Assembly (NCBI GenBank): GCA_963827685.1
Contig: CAWHBU010000010.1
Location: forward strand, 1 to 45,661
Direction: 5' to 3'
Source: an uncultured delta proteobacterium
Lineage (GTDB): Bacteria; Desulfobacterota; BSN033; UBA1163
DNA length: 45,661 nt
This document shows positions 9,405-17,899 of the stretch, piece by piece; position 1 is the stretch's first letter; each line of letters begins with the position of its first letter. A model generated the notes under the pieces. The model saw only the letters and a program-made list of their open reading frames with translations, made no database searches and had not been told where the DNA came from. The position numbers and the translations under genes were made by a program.

Positions 9405-9821
9405 ATGAAGCGCTTTGAGATCCTGGATCATACTGCGGATATTGGCCTTGTTGTTTATGGCGATGATCTCAAGACGCTTTTTGAAAATGCCGGGGAGGCG
9501 TTCTTTCATCTCATTACCGATTTGAGGAAGGTGAAGCGACGGATCGAGAGAAGGGTCGATATTGGAGGAGAGAGTTTAGATCGTTTGATGGTGGATTGGT
9601 TGAGCGAACTTCTCTACCTTCACGATGTTGAGAATCTTCTCTTTAAAGGGTTTAAGGTTGAGTCTGTTGGAGAGAATGGACTAAAGGCAATCGTGAAAGG
9701 GGAAGCGTTTCAGGAGGGAGTCCATGTGATCAAGACAGAAGTGAAAGCTGTGACCTACCATCAAATAGAGGTTCGACAGAATAATGGGCGCTGGAGAGCC
9801 CAAATCATTTTTGATCTCTGA
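9405..9821 (+). CDS. archease
   Basis: FEILDHTADIG, WLSELL, EVKAVTYH and C-terminal FDL. Confidence 0.95.
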   Translation: MKRFEILDHTADIGLVVYGDDLKTLFENAGEAFFHLITDLRKVKRRIERRVDIGGESLDRLMVDWLSELLYLHDVENLLFKGFKVESVGENGLKAIVKGEAFQEGVHVIKTEVKAVTYHQIEVRQNNGRWRAQIIFDL

Positions 9822-9902
9822 TTTCTCAGTTTCTTTACCCTCTCTTTAGTGAGAAAATATACGTTGTGCTTAACCTCTTTTAAAAGATTGGAGTGACCAG
9901 CA

Positions 9903-11357
9903 ATGCCTGATCAAGAGAAAATCAAGATTCAGAAGATAGATGATTACCGATGGAGAATTTCTCGAGAAGGAAAGATGAGGACCGATGGAATCGTCTATGC
10001 CGATGAGCGAATGTTCAACGATATTCGAAAGGACCAGAGTCTGGTCCAGGTGGCCAATGTCGCATGGCTTCCAGGCATTGTAGGCCATTCCTTGGCAATG
10101 CCGGATATCCATTGGGGTTACGGTTTTCCCATTGGAGGAGTGGCAGGGTTCGACATGGATGAAGGAATCGTCTCACCCGGAGGAGTGGGTTACGATATCA
10201 ACTGCGGTGTCCGATTGATGCGCTCAGGTCTGAGCCGCACGGATATCCAGGGAAGAATAAGAGAATTAGTGGAGGCGCTCTTCATCAACATCCCTTCAGG
10301 TGTAGGGTCCCACCGGAAAGACCTCAGACTGAACCGGGAGGAGGAACGGCAGGTTTTAAAAAAGGGGGCCAGGTGGGCCGTAGAAAAGGGTTTTGGTTCA
10401 TCAGAAGATCTTGACCATATTGAGGAACAGGGATGCATCGAGGGAGCTGATCCAGACCGGGTCTCTGAAAAGGCAATAGAAAGGGGTAGGGCCCAGTTGG
10501 GGACCTTAGGCTCTGGAAATCATTTTGTTGAGGTGGGATATGTGGCTGAGATCTTTGATGAGACCATCGCCCGCGCGTTAGGGCTGTGGAAGGACCAGGC
10601 TACTGTTATCGTTCATACCGGTTCAAGAGGTTTGGGTCACCAGGTTTGTGACGATTACATCCGTGTCATGCTGGATGCCGCCAGGAAATATCAAATCGAA
10701 CTCCCAGATCCTCAACTCTGTTGTGCCCCCGTTTCTTCGCCAGAGGGAAAGCGATATCTCGAGGCAATGGCCTGTGCAGCCAATTTTGCTTTCACCAATC
10801 GGCAGATGATCACCCATTGGGTGAGGGAGACCTTCGAGCAAGTTTTTAAGAAGGGCCCTAAAGATTTAAAGTTGGATCTGATCTATGATGTCTGCCACAA
10901 TATTGCAAAGATTGAAACCCATACAGTGAATGGAAAGAAAAAGAAACTCTGTGTACACAGGAAAGGGGCAACGAGAGCCTTCCCTCCAAACCATCCAGAT
11001 ATTCCATCGGATTACCAATCCATTGGCCAACCCGTCCTCATCCCAGGAGATATGGGTAGATGCTCCTATGTTTTGGTGGGGGCAGAAAAAGCCATGGAAG
11101 AGACCTTTGGGAGCACCTGTCATGGAGCAGGCCGGGTGATGAGCCGGCATCAAGCCATTAAAGCAGCAAGGGGGAGGGCGATTGTAAGGGAATTGGAAGA
11201 TAAAGGCATCATTGTAAAGGGTGCAAGTCAAGGAACCATTGTGGAAGAGATGCCCGATGCTTATAAAGATGTCAATGATGTGGTGAATGTGGTCCATCAG
11301 GCGGGCATCAGCCGAAAAGTGGTAAAGCTCGTCCCAATGGGAGTGATCAAAGGGTAA
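9903..11357 (+). CDS. rtcB: RtcB family RNA ligase
   Basis: MPDIHWGYGFPIGG, GYDINCG, GSGNHF, HTGSRG, HRKGATR, STCHGAGR, EEMPDAYKD and C-terminal VIKG. Confidence 0.97.
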   Translation: MPDQEKIKIQKIDDYRWRISREGKMRTDGIVYADERMFNDIRKDQSLVQVANVAWLPGIVGHSLAMPDIHWGYGFPIGGVAGFDMDEGIVSPGGVGYDINCGVRLMRSGLSRTDIQGRIRELVEALFINIPSGVGSHRKDLRLNREEERQVLKKGARWAVEKGFGSSEDLDHIEEQGCIEGADPDRVSEKAIERGRAQLGTLGSGNHFVEVGYVAEIFDETIARALGLWKDQATVIVHTGSRGLGHQVCDDYIRVMLDAARKYQIELPDPQLCCAPVSSPEGKRYLEAMACAANFAFTNRQMITHWVRETFEQVFKKGPKDLKLDLIYDVCHNIAKIETHTVNGKKKKLCVHRKGATRAFPPNHPDIPSDYQSIGQPVLIPGDMGRCSYVLVGAEKAMEETFGSTCHGAGRVMSRHQAIKAARGRAIVRELEDKGIIVKGASQGTIVEEMPDAYKDVNDVVNVVHQAGISRKVVKLVPMGVIKG

Positions 11358-11364
11358 CATAGAT

Positions 11365-11439
11365 AGTTCGGAGTAATTAGTTCGGAGTCAGGAGTATTCC
11401 GTTTTGAATCTCCGAACTCTGAACTCCGAACTCATAACT
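11365..11439. repeat. inverted heptamer array (GAGTTCG)n...(CGAACTC)n
   Basis: agttcggag twice, then ctccgaactctgaactccgaact; directly follows the rtcB stop. Confidence 0.75.
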
Positions 11440-11444
11440 TCAAC

Positions 11445-12524
11445 ATGAGAATTCTTGCCATTGATATTGGTGCTGGCACTCAGGATATTCTCCTCTTTGA
11501 TTCGCAGCAAAAGATCGAGAATTGCATCAGCCTTGTTCTCCCCACCCCATCCAGATTTATTGCAGAAAAACTGAAGAGGATGGAAGGCCATGTCTATATC
11601 CATGGCGATACGATCGGAGGAGGATCCCTTGGCAGGGCCATTCTTCATCACCTTCAAAAGGGATATCGCGTGGTGATGGACGAGTCTGCCGCTCATTCCA
11701 TTCGCAATGACCTGGATGAGGTCAAATCAATGGGGATTGAAGTAGGAAAAAAGCCAGAGATCGATCATTTTCAGGAATTGGAGATCCGAGAAGTCGATTT
11801 AGCCCTATTTCAAAAATTTCTTTCAAATTTCGGAGAGGACCTTAAGGTTGATGCCATTGCCATTGCAGTCCAGGATCATGGCGTTTCACCCAAAGGGGTT
11901 TCAGATCGGGCCTTCCGTTTTGAGAATATGGAGAGGATGCTCCGAAGAGATAACCGACCTGAGACTTTCCATTTTTTAGAGGACTCGATTCCGGATTATT
12001 ACCTCCGGATGAAGTCAGCCGTCGCCGCAGTGAAAAGATCTTCCTCGGTTCGAGTGCTGGTTATGGATACAGCCTTCTCTGCCATTTTAGGTTGCCTCGA
12101 AGAGACCAGTAGCCCCTCTCTGATCGTCAATGTGGGGAACGGTCATACGATTGCGGCTTTGCTCGTTGAGAAAAGAGTTGAAGGACTCTATGAGCACCAT
12201 ACCCATGAGCTGACCCCTGAAAAAATGGAGCATGATCTGCGGCTTTTCGTTCGAGGAGAACTGGACGGGGAAAAAGTCTTTAAAGGAAACGGCCACGGTG
12301 CCTTCACTCTGAAGCCTCTCCCCGGAGTATTTCCGGTGATCGTCACCGGTCCCAACCGCGATCTTTTCAGAAAGACATCATTCAAATTCATCTATGCTGC
12401 CCCGGGCGGAAATACCATGATGACAGGACCGATGGGTTTGGTCAGGGCAGCCCAATATAGGTTTGGGCAGATAGCAGATAGTAAACAGAACCTGCTTGCT
12501 GCAGGCAGGGATCGAAAAATCTAG
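11445..12524 (+). CDS. DUF1786 family protein (ASKHA-type fold)
   Basis: ILAIDIGAGTQDIL, AVQDHG..P...SDR.FRF, MDTA, NVGNGHT, EHHT, G.TMMTG. Confidence 0.85.
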   Translation: MRILAIDIGAGTQDILLFDSQQKIENCISLVLPTPSRFIAEKLKRMEGHVYIHGDTIGGGSLGRAILHHLQKGYRVVMDESAAHSIRNDLDEVKSMGIEVGKKPEIDHFQELEIREVDLALFQKFLSNFGEDLKVDAIAIAVQDHGVSPKGVSDRAFRFENMERMLRRDNRPETFHFLEDSIPDYYLRMKSAVAAVKRSSSVRVLVMDTAFSAILGCLEETSSPSLIVNVGNGHTIAALLVEKRVEGLYEHHTHELTPEKMEHDLRLFVRGELDGEKVFKGNGHGAFTLKPLPGVFPVIVTGPNRDLFRKTSFKFIYAAPGGNTMMTGPMGLVRAAQYRFGQIADSKQNLLAAGRDRKI

Positions 12525-12528
12525 AATT

Positions 12529-12577
12529 CCCTCACTCTATCCCTCTCCCCTGGGGGGAGAGGGGAAAGGTGAGGGGG
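12529..12577. repeat. BoxC-like palindrome (CCCTCAC..CCCTCTCCC..GGGAGAGGG..GGTGAGGG)
   Basis: Nested pyrimidine/purine inverted repeat; related copies at 28671, 33968 and 35683. Confidence 0.7.
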
Positions 12578-12631
12578 TGTTGGGAATTGGATTTTGTCAT
12601 TTTAAAAAATTGAGAAATGTTAGGAGGAAAG

Positions 12632-13138
12632 ATGGAAAAGATCTACTATTCTTCTTTTGATTCGCCCGTTCTAAGAAAGGTTTTTGTCGCCTCTACAGAA
12701 AGAGGAGTCTGTATGGTGGACTTTCTCAAATCAGAGAGAGTCTTTTTGAGTAGATTAAAAGAAAGGTTTCCCGGAAAGATTGTGAGGAATGACCAAAAGA
12801 ATAGGAATGTCCTGAATCAACTTAAAAAATACGTGAAAGGTGAACTCCGACGCTTTGATTGTAAGTTGGATTTGAAAGGAACCCCGTTCCAGAAAAAGGT
12901 TTGGTCAGCACTGGCAAATGTTCCCTACGGCCGAACCCGATCCTACAAGGAGATTGCACAAGCGATTGGCCATCCCAAAGCCTTTCGAGCCGTCGGGAAT
13001 GCCAATGGCCAGAATTCCATTCCATTGATCATCCCCTGCCACAGAGTGATTGAGAACAATGGTGGATTAGGCGGATTTGGTCATGGGGTTAAGGTAAAAA
13101 AAAGGTTATTAGACTTCGAAAAGGCCCATGGATTTTGA
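12632..13138 (+). CDS. ogt: methylated-DNA--protein-cysteine methyltransferase
   Basis: GTPFQKKVW..L..VPYG...SY..IA..IG.PKAFRAVG.A...N.IPLIIPCHRV; RBS AGGAGG before ATG 12632. Confidence 0.95.
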   Translation: MEKIYYSSFDSPVLRKVFVASTERGVCMVDFLKSERVFLSRLKERFPGKIVRNDQKNRNVLNQLKKYVKGELRRFDCKLDLKGTPFQKKVWSALANVPYGRTRSYKEIAQAIGHPKAFRAVGNANGQNSIPLIIPCHRVIENNGGLGGFGHGVKVKKRLLDFEKAHGF

Positions 13139-13940
13139 GCAATTCGTCAAAGAGGCTGCTTTGCTCCTCGATCTTCAATGGCGGCGGTTCAAAAGAGGAG
13201 GGATCAAACGAAAAGTTGAACGTCGGATCACTGAACTTGGCCTCTCCCATTTTGAAGATTACCTGGTAAGAATCAAAAAAGATCCTGAAGAAAAAAGTCA
13301 TCTCTCTCAAATCCTTGCTGTTACCATTACAAGATTCTTCAGGGATGACAAGGTCTTCGACATCCTTGAGAATTCCCTCATCCCATCGGTGGTTGAACAC
13401 AAAGGTGCGGACGATTTCAAAATATGGTCGGTTGGCTGCGCCAATGGTGAAGAACCTTATAGCCTCTCAATGTTGTGGAAGGAGAGATTCGGAAAAAAAT
13501 TTGCCCACATTCGTCTCACCATCTTGGCCACAGATATTAGTGAAAGCCTTCTTAAGAGAGCAGGGGAGGGGAGATACAAAAAAAGCAGTTTGAAAGAGGT
13601 CCCAGAGCAAATCCTCCGAAGATTTTTTAAGATTGAAAATGGATTTTATATTATTGATCGATCCATTCGGGAAAGCGTGGAATTTAAGAGGCATGACATC
13701 ATCCATGAAGAACCGTTTTCTGGAATAGACATCATCTTCTGTCGGAATTTAGCCTTCACCTGCTTTTCCAAAAGATGCCAGATGGATATGGCAAAAAAGA
13801 TAGCAGCCAGCTTAAGGGAGAAAGGATATCTAATTATTGGAAAAGATGAATCCCTTCCTCCAACTTATCCTACTTTATTTGTTCCGATTTTTCCAACCGA
13901 AAGGATCTATCAAAAATTCCATCCAAAATTGGTCAGTTAG
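13128..13940 (+). CDS. cheR: CheR-family protein-glutamate methyltransferase (orphan)
   Basis: TITRFFRD, IWSVGCANGEEPYSL, ATDI, DIIFCRN, GYLIIGKDE. Overlaps ogt by 11 nt. Confidence 0.88.
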   Translation: MDFEQFVKEAALLLDLQWRRFKRGGIKRKVERRITELGLSHFEDYLVRIKKDPEEKSHLSQILAVTITRFFRDDKVFDILENSLIPSVVEHKGADDFKIWSVGCANGEEPYSLSMLWKERFGKKFAHIRLTILATDISESLLKRAGEGRYKKSSLKEVPEQILRRFFKIENGFYIIDRSIRESVEFKRHDIIHEEPFSGIDIIFCRNLAFTCFSKRCQMDMAKKIAASLREKGYLIIGKDESLPPTYPTLFVPIFPTERIYQKFHPKLVS

Positions 13941-14041
13941 TTGTCACAACTGATTTGATCTTAAAAGGGGGGCGCTGTTAAGCTCGATGACACCACGGCT
14001 GATGTTCACTCTAAAATAACATTGGAAGTTAGTAATTCACT

Positions 14042-14081
14042 CCCATCCTTTCCTCCCTTTCAAGAGGGAGGAAAGGATGGG
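14042..14081. repeat. perfect 17-bp-stem hairpin (BoxC-like or terminator-like)
   Basis: CCCATCCTTTCCTCCCT / AGGGAGGAAAGGATGGG, about 100 nt after cheR. Confidence 0.6.
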
Positions 14082-14747
14082 GAAGAGGGGGAAAGGAGGA
14101 GGAAATGAGATCAATAAATTCTCTTTGATTGTAGAAGTCTAAAGTTGAATATCGTAAGAGCATCAAAAAATATGCCAAGTGGTAGTTTAGATACTTGGTT
14201 TGGCTTAGAAGTTAAATGGGGTAAAATTGATGAAAAGCGTGTAAAATAAAGAACGACTATTTTCCCGAAAAGGAGAAAATTGAGTGAACGTTTTTGTTTG
14301 ACACATGACAGAATCGTCCTTGGTTGGATTGAAGCATCGATTCAATGTCTCTTAGCGCTCGCGTGGGCCAACTTTCAGAGATACAGAGCGAAATAGAGAA
14401 AAAGCTAACAAGAGTATTGCTAAGGATGATGGATAAGCAGAAAGCGATCAAAAATGAAATTATGAAAACTACCTGCTCGTCGACTTGTTTGGTGAATCTA
14501 GTAAAACGGTTTTAGAGAATCGAAGGAGCCTATTGATTTCTAATTTAAATTTGGCATTTTGGAGAGAAATTCAAGATGCCGATTCTAGGGATGGGGTTTT
14601 GGAAAAAGGGGGCTGATTCTTGCCCAGTTACAAGATTTGAACAAAATGCAAACGTCTGGTTATAAATTTTACATATAGGTTTTGGTTGTAAATCGAGAAA
14701 GCCCTTAAATTTTGATAAATTCTGAAATTTGAGAATTTATGAATATT

Positions 14748-14762
14748 TGGCATTAATATTGC
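14748..14762 (+). promoter_or_regulatory. sigma54 promoter upstream of the bactofilin gene
   Basis: TGGCATTAATATTGC, GG-N10-GC, in AT-rich DNA 79 nt before ATG 14841. Confidence 0.7.
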
Positions 14763-14840
14763 TGAAATCAATGATATTCATGATCTAACTCGTTCTTAGA
14801 TGACACTATTGAGGGGAAGCTCACACCTTATTCAATCACG

Positions 14841-15236
14841 ATGAAACAGAACTTAGAAGAGATTAGCGTTTTTTTGGGTAAGAATTCCTTCTTTGAAGGG
14901 AAAATGACCTTTGAAGGAGTATTTCGCGTTGACGGGAAGGTGGAGGGAGAAATCTTCCATAGTGGGACATTAATTATGAGTGAGACAGCGGTTATCAAAG
15001 GGAAAGTGGAAGTTGATGCTCTCATCCTCAATGGGATAGTGGAAGGGGAAGTGAATGCCAAGGAACGAGTGGAGATCCATTCAAGAGGGAAATTATACGG
15101 AACCATTCTTACTCCTGTCCTCGTTATTCAGGGTGGTGGTATTCTTGAGGGAAATTGCTTGATGGGGACTAAATCCGATAACGAGAGTGATTTGGAAGGT
15201 ACGGGAAAGACTGCTTCCAAGAATTCCAACTCTTGA
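14841..15236 (+). CDS. bactofilin (polymer-forming cytoskeletal protein)
   Basis: FLG....FEGKMTFEG..RVDGKVEGEI...GTL......IKGKV......NG.VEGEVNA..RVEI...GKLYG.I....LVIQGGG.LEG.C beta-helix repeats. Confidence 0.92.
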   Translation: MKQNLEEISVFLGKNSFFEGKMTFEGVFRVDGKVEGEIFHSGTLIMSETAVIKGKVEVDALILNGIVEGEVNAKERVEIHSRGKLYGTILTPVLVIQGGGILEGNCLMGTKSDNESDLEGTGKTASKNSNS

Positions 15237-15351
15237 TTAGCACCAGAAAATCTTACAGCGAAAGCATATTGATAACTTGATTGCCTTTCCCTCTCAGCCC
15301 TTTCTAATACTTGATGACTGACCCTGCCTTTGTTCTTTGAAAAATATTAGA

Positions 15352-15534
15352 TTACTTTCTCATCTTCTTTTTCTTTGCCATCTCGAAAAATAATTCCAGA
15401 TCTGTTTCGCCAAACCACATCCTATACGGTGTGTTTTCGGATTCCAAAATAAATATACCATCTTTAACAATCTTCAACTCATATAATTGCCCGGTTAACT
15501 TATGCTTCAATTGGTCTCCTTCCACCATTCTCAT
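15352..15534 (-). CDS. small hypothetical protein (paralog of 15541-15714)
   Basis: 60-aa ORF with clear similarity to the upstream ORF; RBS-like AAGGGGG. Confidence 0.7.
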   Translation of the reverse strand: MRMVEGDQLKHKLTGQLYELKIVKDGIFILESENTPYRMWFGETDLELFFEMAKKKKMRK

Positions 15535-15540
15535 CGAGCA

Positions 15541-15714
15541 TTACACCCCCTTTACTTTCTCAAAAAAGGATCCCAGTTGCTCTTTGGGAAACCATATACG
15601 AATGAGTCCTTTTTCATCCTCCAACATCACCACTCTTTCATTTTCAATCTTCTTTATCTTAAAAAAATCTTGGGTTAATTTGTTCCTCAGTCTTTCTCCT
15701 TCCACGATCGTCAT
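15541..15714 (-). CDS. small hypothetical protein, 57 aa, missing from the ORF track
   Basis: Manual translation MTIVEGERLRNKLTQDFFKIKKIENERVVMLEDEKGLIRIWFPKEQLGSFFEKVKGV; RBS AAGGGAG upstream. Confidence 0.7.
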   Translation of the reverse strand: MTIVEGERLRNKLTQDFFKIKKIENERVVMLEDEKGLIRIWFPKEQLGSFFEKVKGV

Positions 15715-16569
15715 TGTGCATTACTCCCTTCTACCGTTTTTCCAATACTGACCAGATGACTTTTATTGACAGTCAGCCGCTTCACGGTAATGAATACCCG
15801 TGGGCAATATGAATGAGCCATGGACCCAACAAAAATCCTTTGATTTGATCGATCCAGTTTCCCCAAGAGCCCAGGAATCCGTTGCCTTGGATTCCACGAT
15901 TACTCGTACCTTAGCTTTTTCAGGGATCAGAGATGAAAAACTTCCTGGTAGAAGAGCAATATTGATGCCAAGAATAGTATTCTTCTAAGCGTTTGATATT
16001 TTGAATTGTTTTTGAAGGAGTGATCTTTTGGTGAGACTAAAAGGCGCGACTTTTTGCCACAAGCGGTCGATATATGTCATCTCCAGTGATAGATCCAGCA
16101 TAGTCATCGTCTGTTATGAACCTGGACCTAAAAGGATGTCTGCAAATTTATAAAATCTACTCCACCAATGACCTCATTCCTCTTGCTTTGACTATTTCCT
16201 CTCTTCTTTTAACCGAATGCTTACTGCTGGCTTGGGAATCCTAAACTTCTTGGCAAACGACGTGGTACTTCCCTATGAGGCATTGCGTTTTGGAGCGAAT
16301 TGCAAGACTGACAGATTCAGAATGAAATTCTTGTCACAGACCTCACCGCGTATACCCATCTACACGTTAAAAAAATTCCTCAGTTCTCGCTGCCATCAAT
16401 ATCTAAGAAGGTAAGTTAATAATCGAGTTCGGTTTACGAATTTTCTTCCCCTCTCTTGGTAAGTTTAGTTCAGGAGAGACAATTTTTGACATATTAAATA
16501 AATCCCCCAGTCAAGCAATAATCTTAATAATATTAAACTTTCTAATGAGTTATAGGTTTTTAGGAAGTC

Positions 16570-16584
16570 TGGCACCATACTTGC
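16570..16584 (+). promoter_or_regulatory. sigma54 promoter
   Basis: TGGCACCATACTTGC is an exact TGGCAC-N5-TTGC, upstream of ORF 16763. Confidence 0.8.
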
Positions 16585-16650
16585 TGCTGAGATAATAACG
16601 AAGAATAAAAGAACGATAAAGCCAAACCACGAGTAATCGCGGAACGCTTG

Positions 16651-16738
16651 TCCGCCTCCAGAAGCCTTGCGGAGGGCAGGCGGTCCGGCGAAGGCAGGCA
16701 CTTCGGCGTGCAGAGCACGGGCTTGCCCGTGGGCCTCC
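16651..16738. repeat. GC-rich palindromic element in the leader of ORF 16763 (homolog of 6243-6329)
   Basis: Ends in the CACGGGCTTGCCCGTG hairpin; a GC island within AT-rich DNA. Confidence 0.6.
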
Positions 16739-16762
16739 ATTCTTAGAAAGGGATAAAAGTTT

Positions 16763-17263
16763 ATGCGTCGGGGACGAAAACGATTAAAGGAACTAAGTTA
16801 CAGAGATAAAAAGATTGTAAACAGACTCAACTCCAGTTTTGATACGATGTCGCGTGTCGCTAAGAAATATGGGATTTCCAAACAGCGGATTTACCAAATT
16901 CTAATAAGAGCCAAAGAACTCGGGGTTGTCGTCAATCGACCCAGATTATTGGCGCGGTATCACGGGATTCACCAATGCGGGGTCTGCAGCAAAATTTTAC
17001 AGGTTGCCGAGAAGGATGATTTGATAACAAAAAGGCAACTCTCTCAAATACTGAGCATTGACCTTGAGATCTGTAGCTGGCATCTGAATCAGTTAAAAAT
17101 ATCAGGTTTTGTCTCTAAAAAGTTTGCAACAATGAGAAGTGATAGGTTGGCTAAGGCTCTCCACTATTATAGGTACAATTCTCTTCCCCCGAGTGTTGTG
17201 GGCAAAAAATTTGGCTATAAGAACTTTTACTCACTCTTAAGCTATCAAAAAAAAGAGGCATAG
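16763..17263 (+). CDS. hypothetical multi-HTH DNA-binding protein with HxCxxC motif (possibly frameshifted at the C-terminus)
   Basis: HTH MSRVAKKYGISKQRIYQIL; HQCGVC; wHTH TKRQLSQILSIDLEICSWHLNQLKISGFV; third HTH-like PSVVGKKFGYKNFYSLL. Confidence 0.7.
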   Translation: MRRGRKRLKELSYRDKKIVNRLNSSFDTMSRVAKKYGISKQRIYQILIRAKELGVVVNRPRLLARYHGIHQCGVCSKILQVAEKDDLITKRQLSQILSIDLEICSWHLNQLKISGFVSKKFATMRSDRLAKALHYYRYNSLPPSVVGKKFGYKNFYSLLSYQKKEA

Positions 17264-17615
17264 ACGTGGAAAAAGCGCTGAATTTACCCATCGCGGACAT
17301 ATTGGAACAGGAGGGCCGCATTACCGCGATCCCATCCATGAGCCAAACTCATTCCTAATAATATGAATCAAATATGGGGGATAGGGGGAGCCTTGACAAA
17401 AATATTGGACCTCTTTCGGAGCCCCCATTTAGACATCCTTTTTGGATTTCATGCCCCGATGGATTCAACCAATGGGAGAACCTTTGCAGCGAGTGCAAGG
17501 AAAATTGTAGAAGACAGAGGCCTGAGCGAGACGGATCGCCAGAAAATATTCAACAAGTCGTATCACCAAGTACCCTGACATAAGTACTGCGTTTTCTTTT
17601 TTACGGATAATTTTC

Positions 17616-17810
17616 ATGGCTCTTCCCGAATCATGTATATTCTACGAAGATTCAAAATGCCTTCTTAAAGGTGGCTGCTGCGATCACAACTGTGACTTGA
17701 CCCAAAACGGAAAGGGTACCCAGTCTTCTGATGAGATCGATACATTGATTGAATGGCGGATAGAGAAAGCACCAGAGGGGGAGGGAAATTCGGGGTTGAA
17801 ATCAGGCTGA
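17616..17810 (+). CDS. small Cys-rich hypothetical protein
   Basis: 64 aa, CIFYEDSKCLLKGGCCDHNC. Confidence 0.5.
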   Translation: MALPESCIFYEDSKCLLKGGCCDHNCDLTQNGKGTQSSDEIDTLIEWRIEKAPEGEGNSGLKSG

Positions 17811-17899
17811 GCCTCTTCTATTTCTCGGATCCTAAGTTCTGATTCAAAGAAATGAATTTTTTCCTCAATCTGAGTTTATCTCCCTCCATTGAAACCCTC

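Noticed and set aside
9903-11357. Intein in RtcB
   Set aside because: The length is ordinary, motifs are contiguous and there is no splice-junction signature.
16465-16740. 91-aa minus-strand ORF
   Set aside because: It is built from the palindromic repeat plus AT-rich promoter DNA and overlaps a sigma54 promoter on the other strand.
17363-17583. Two overlapping ~70-aa ORFs
   Set aside because: No RBS or motif strong enough to choose either. The LTKILDLFRSPHLDILFGF..P frame may be an amidohydrolase-like fragment, but I cannot support that.
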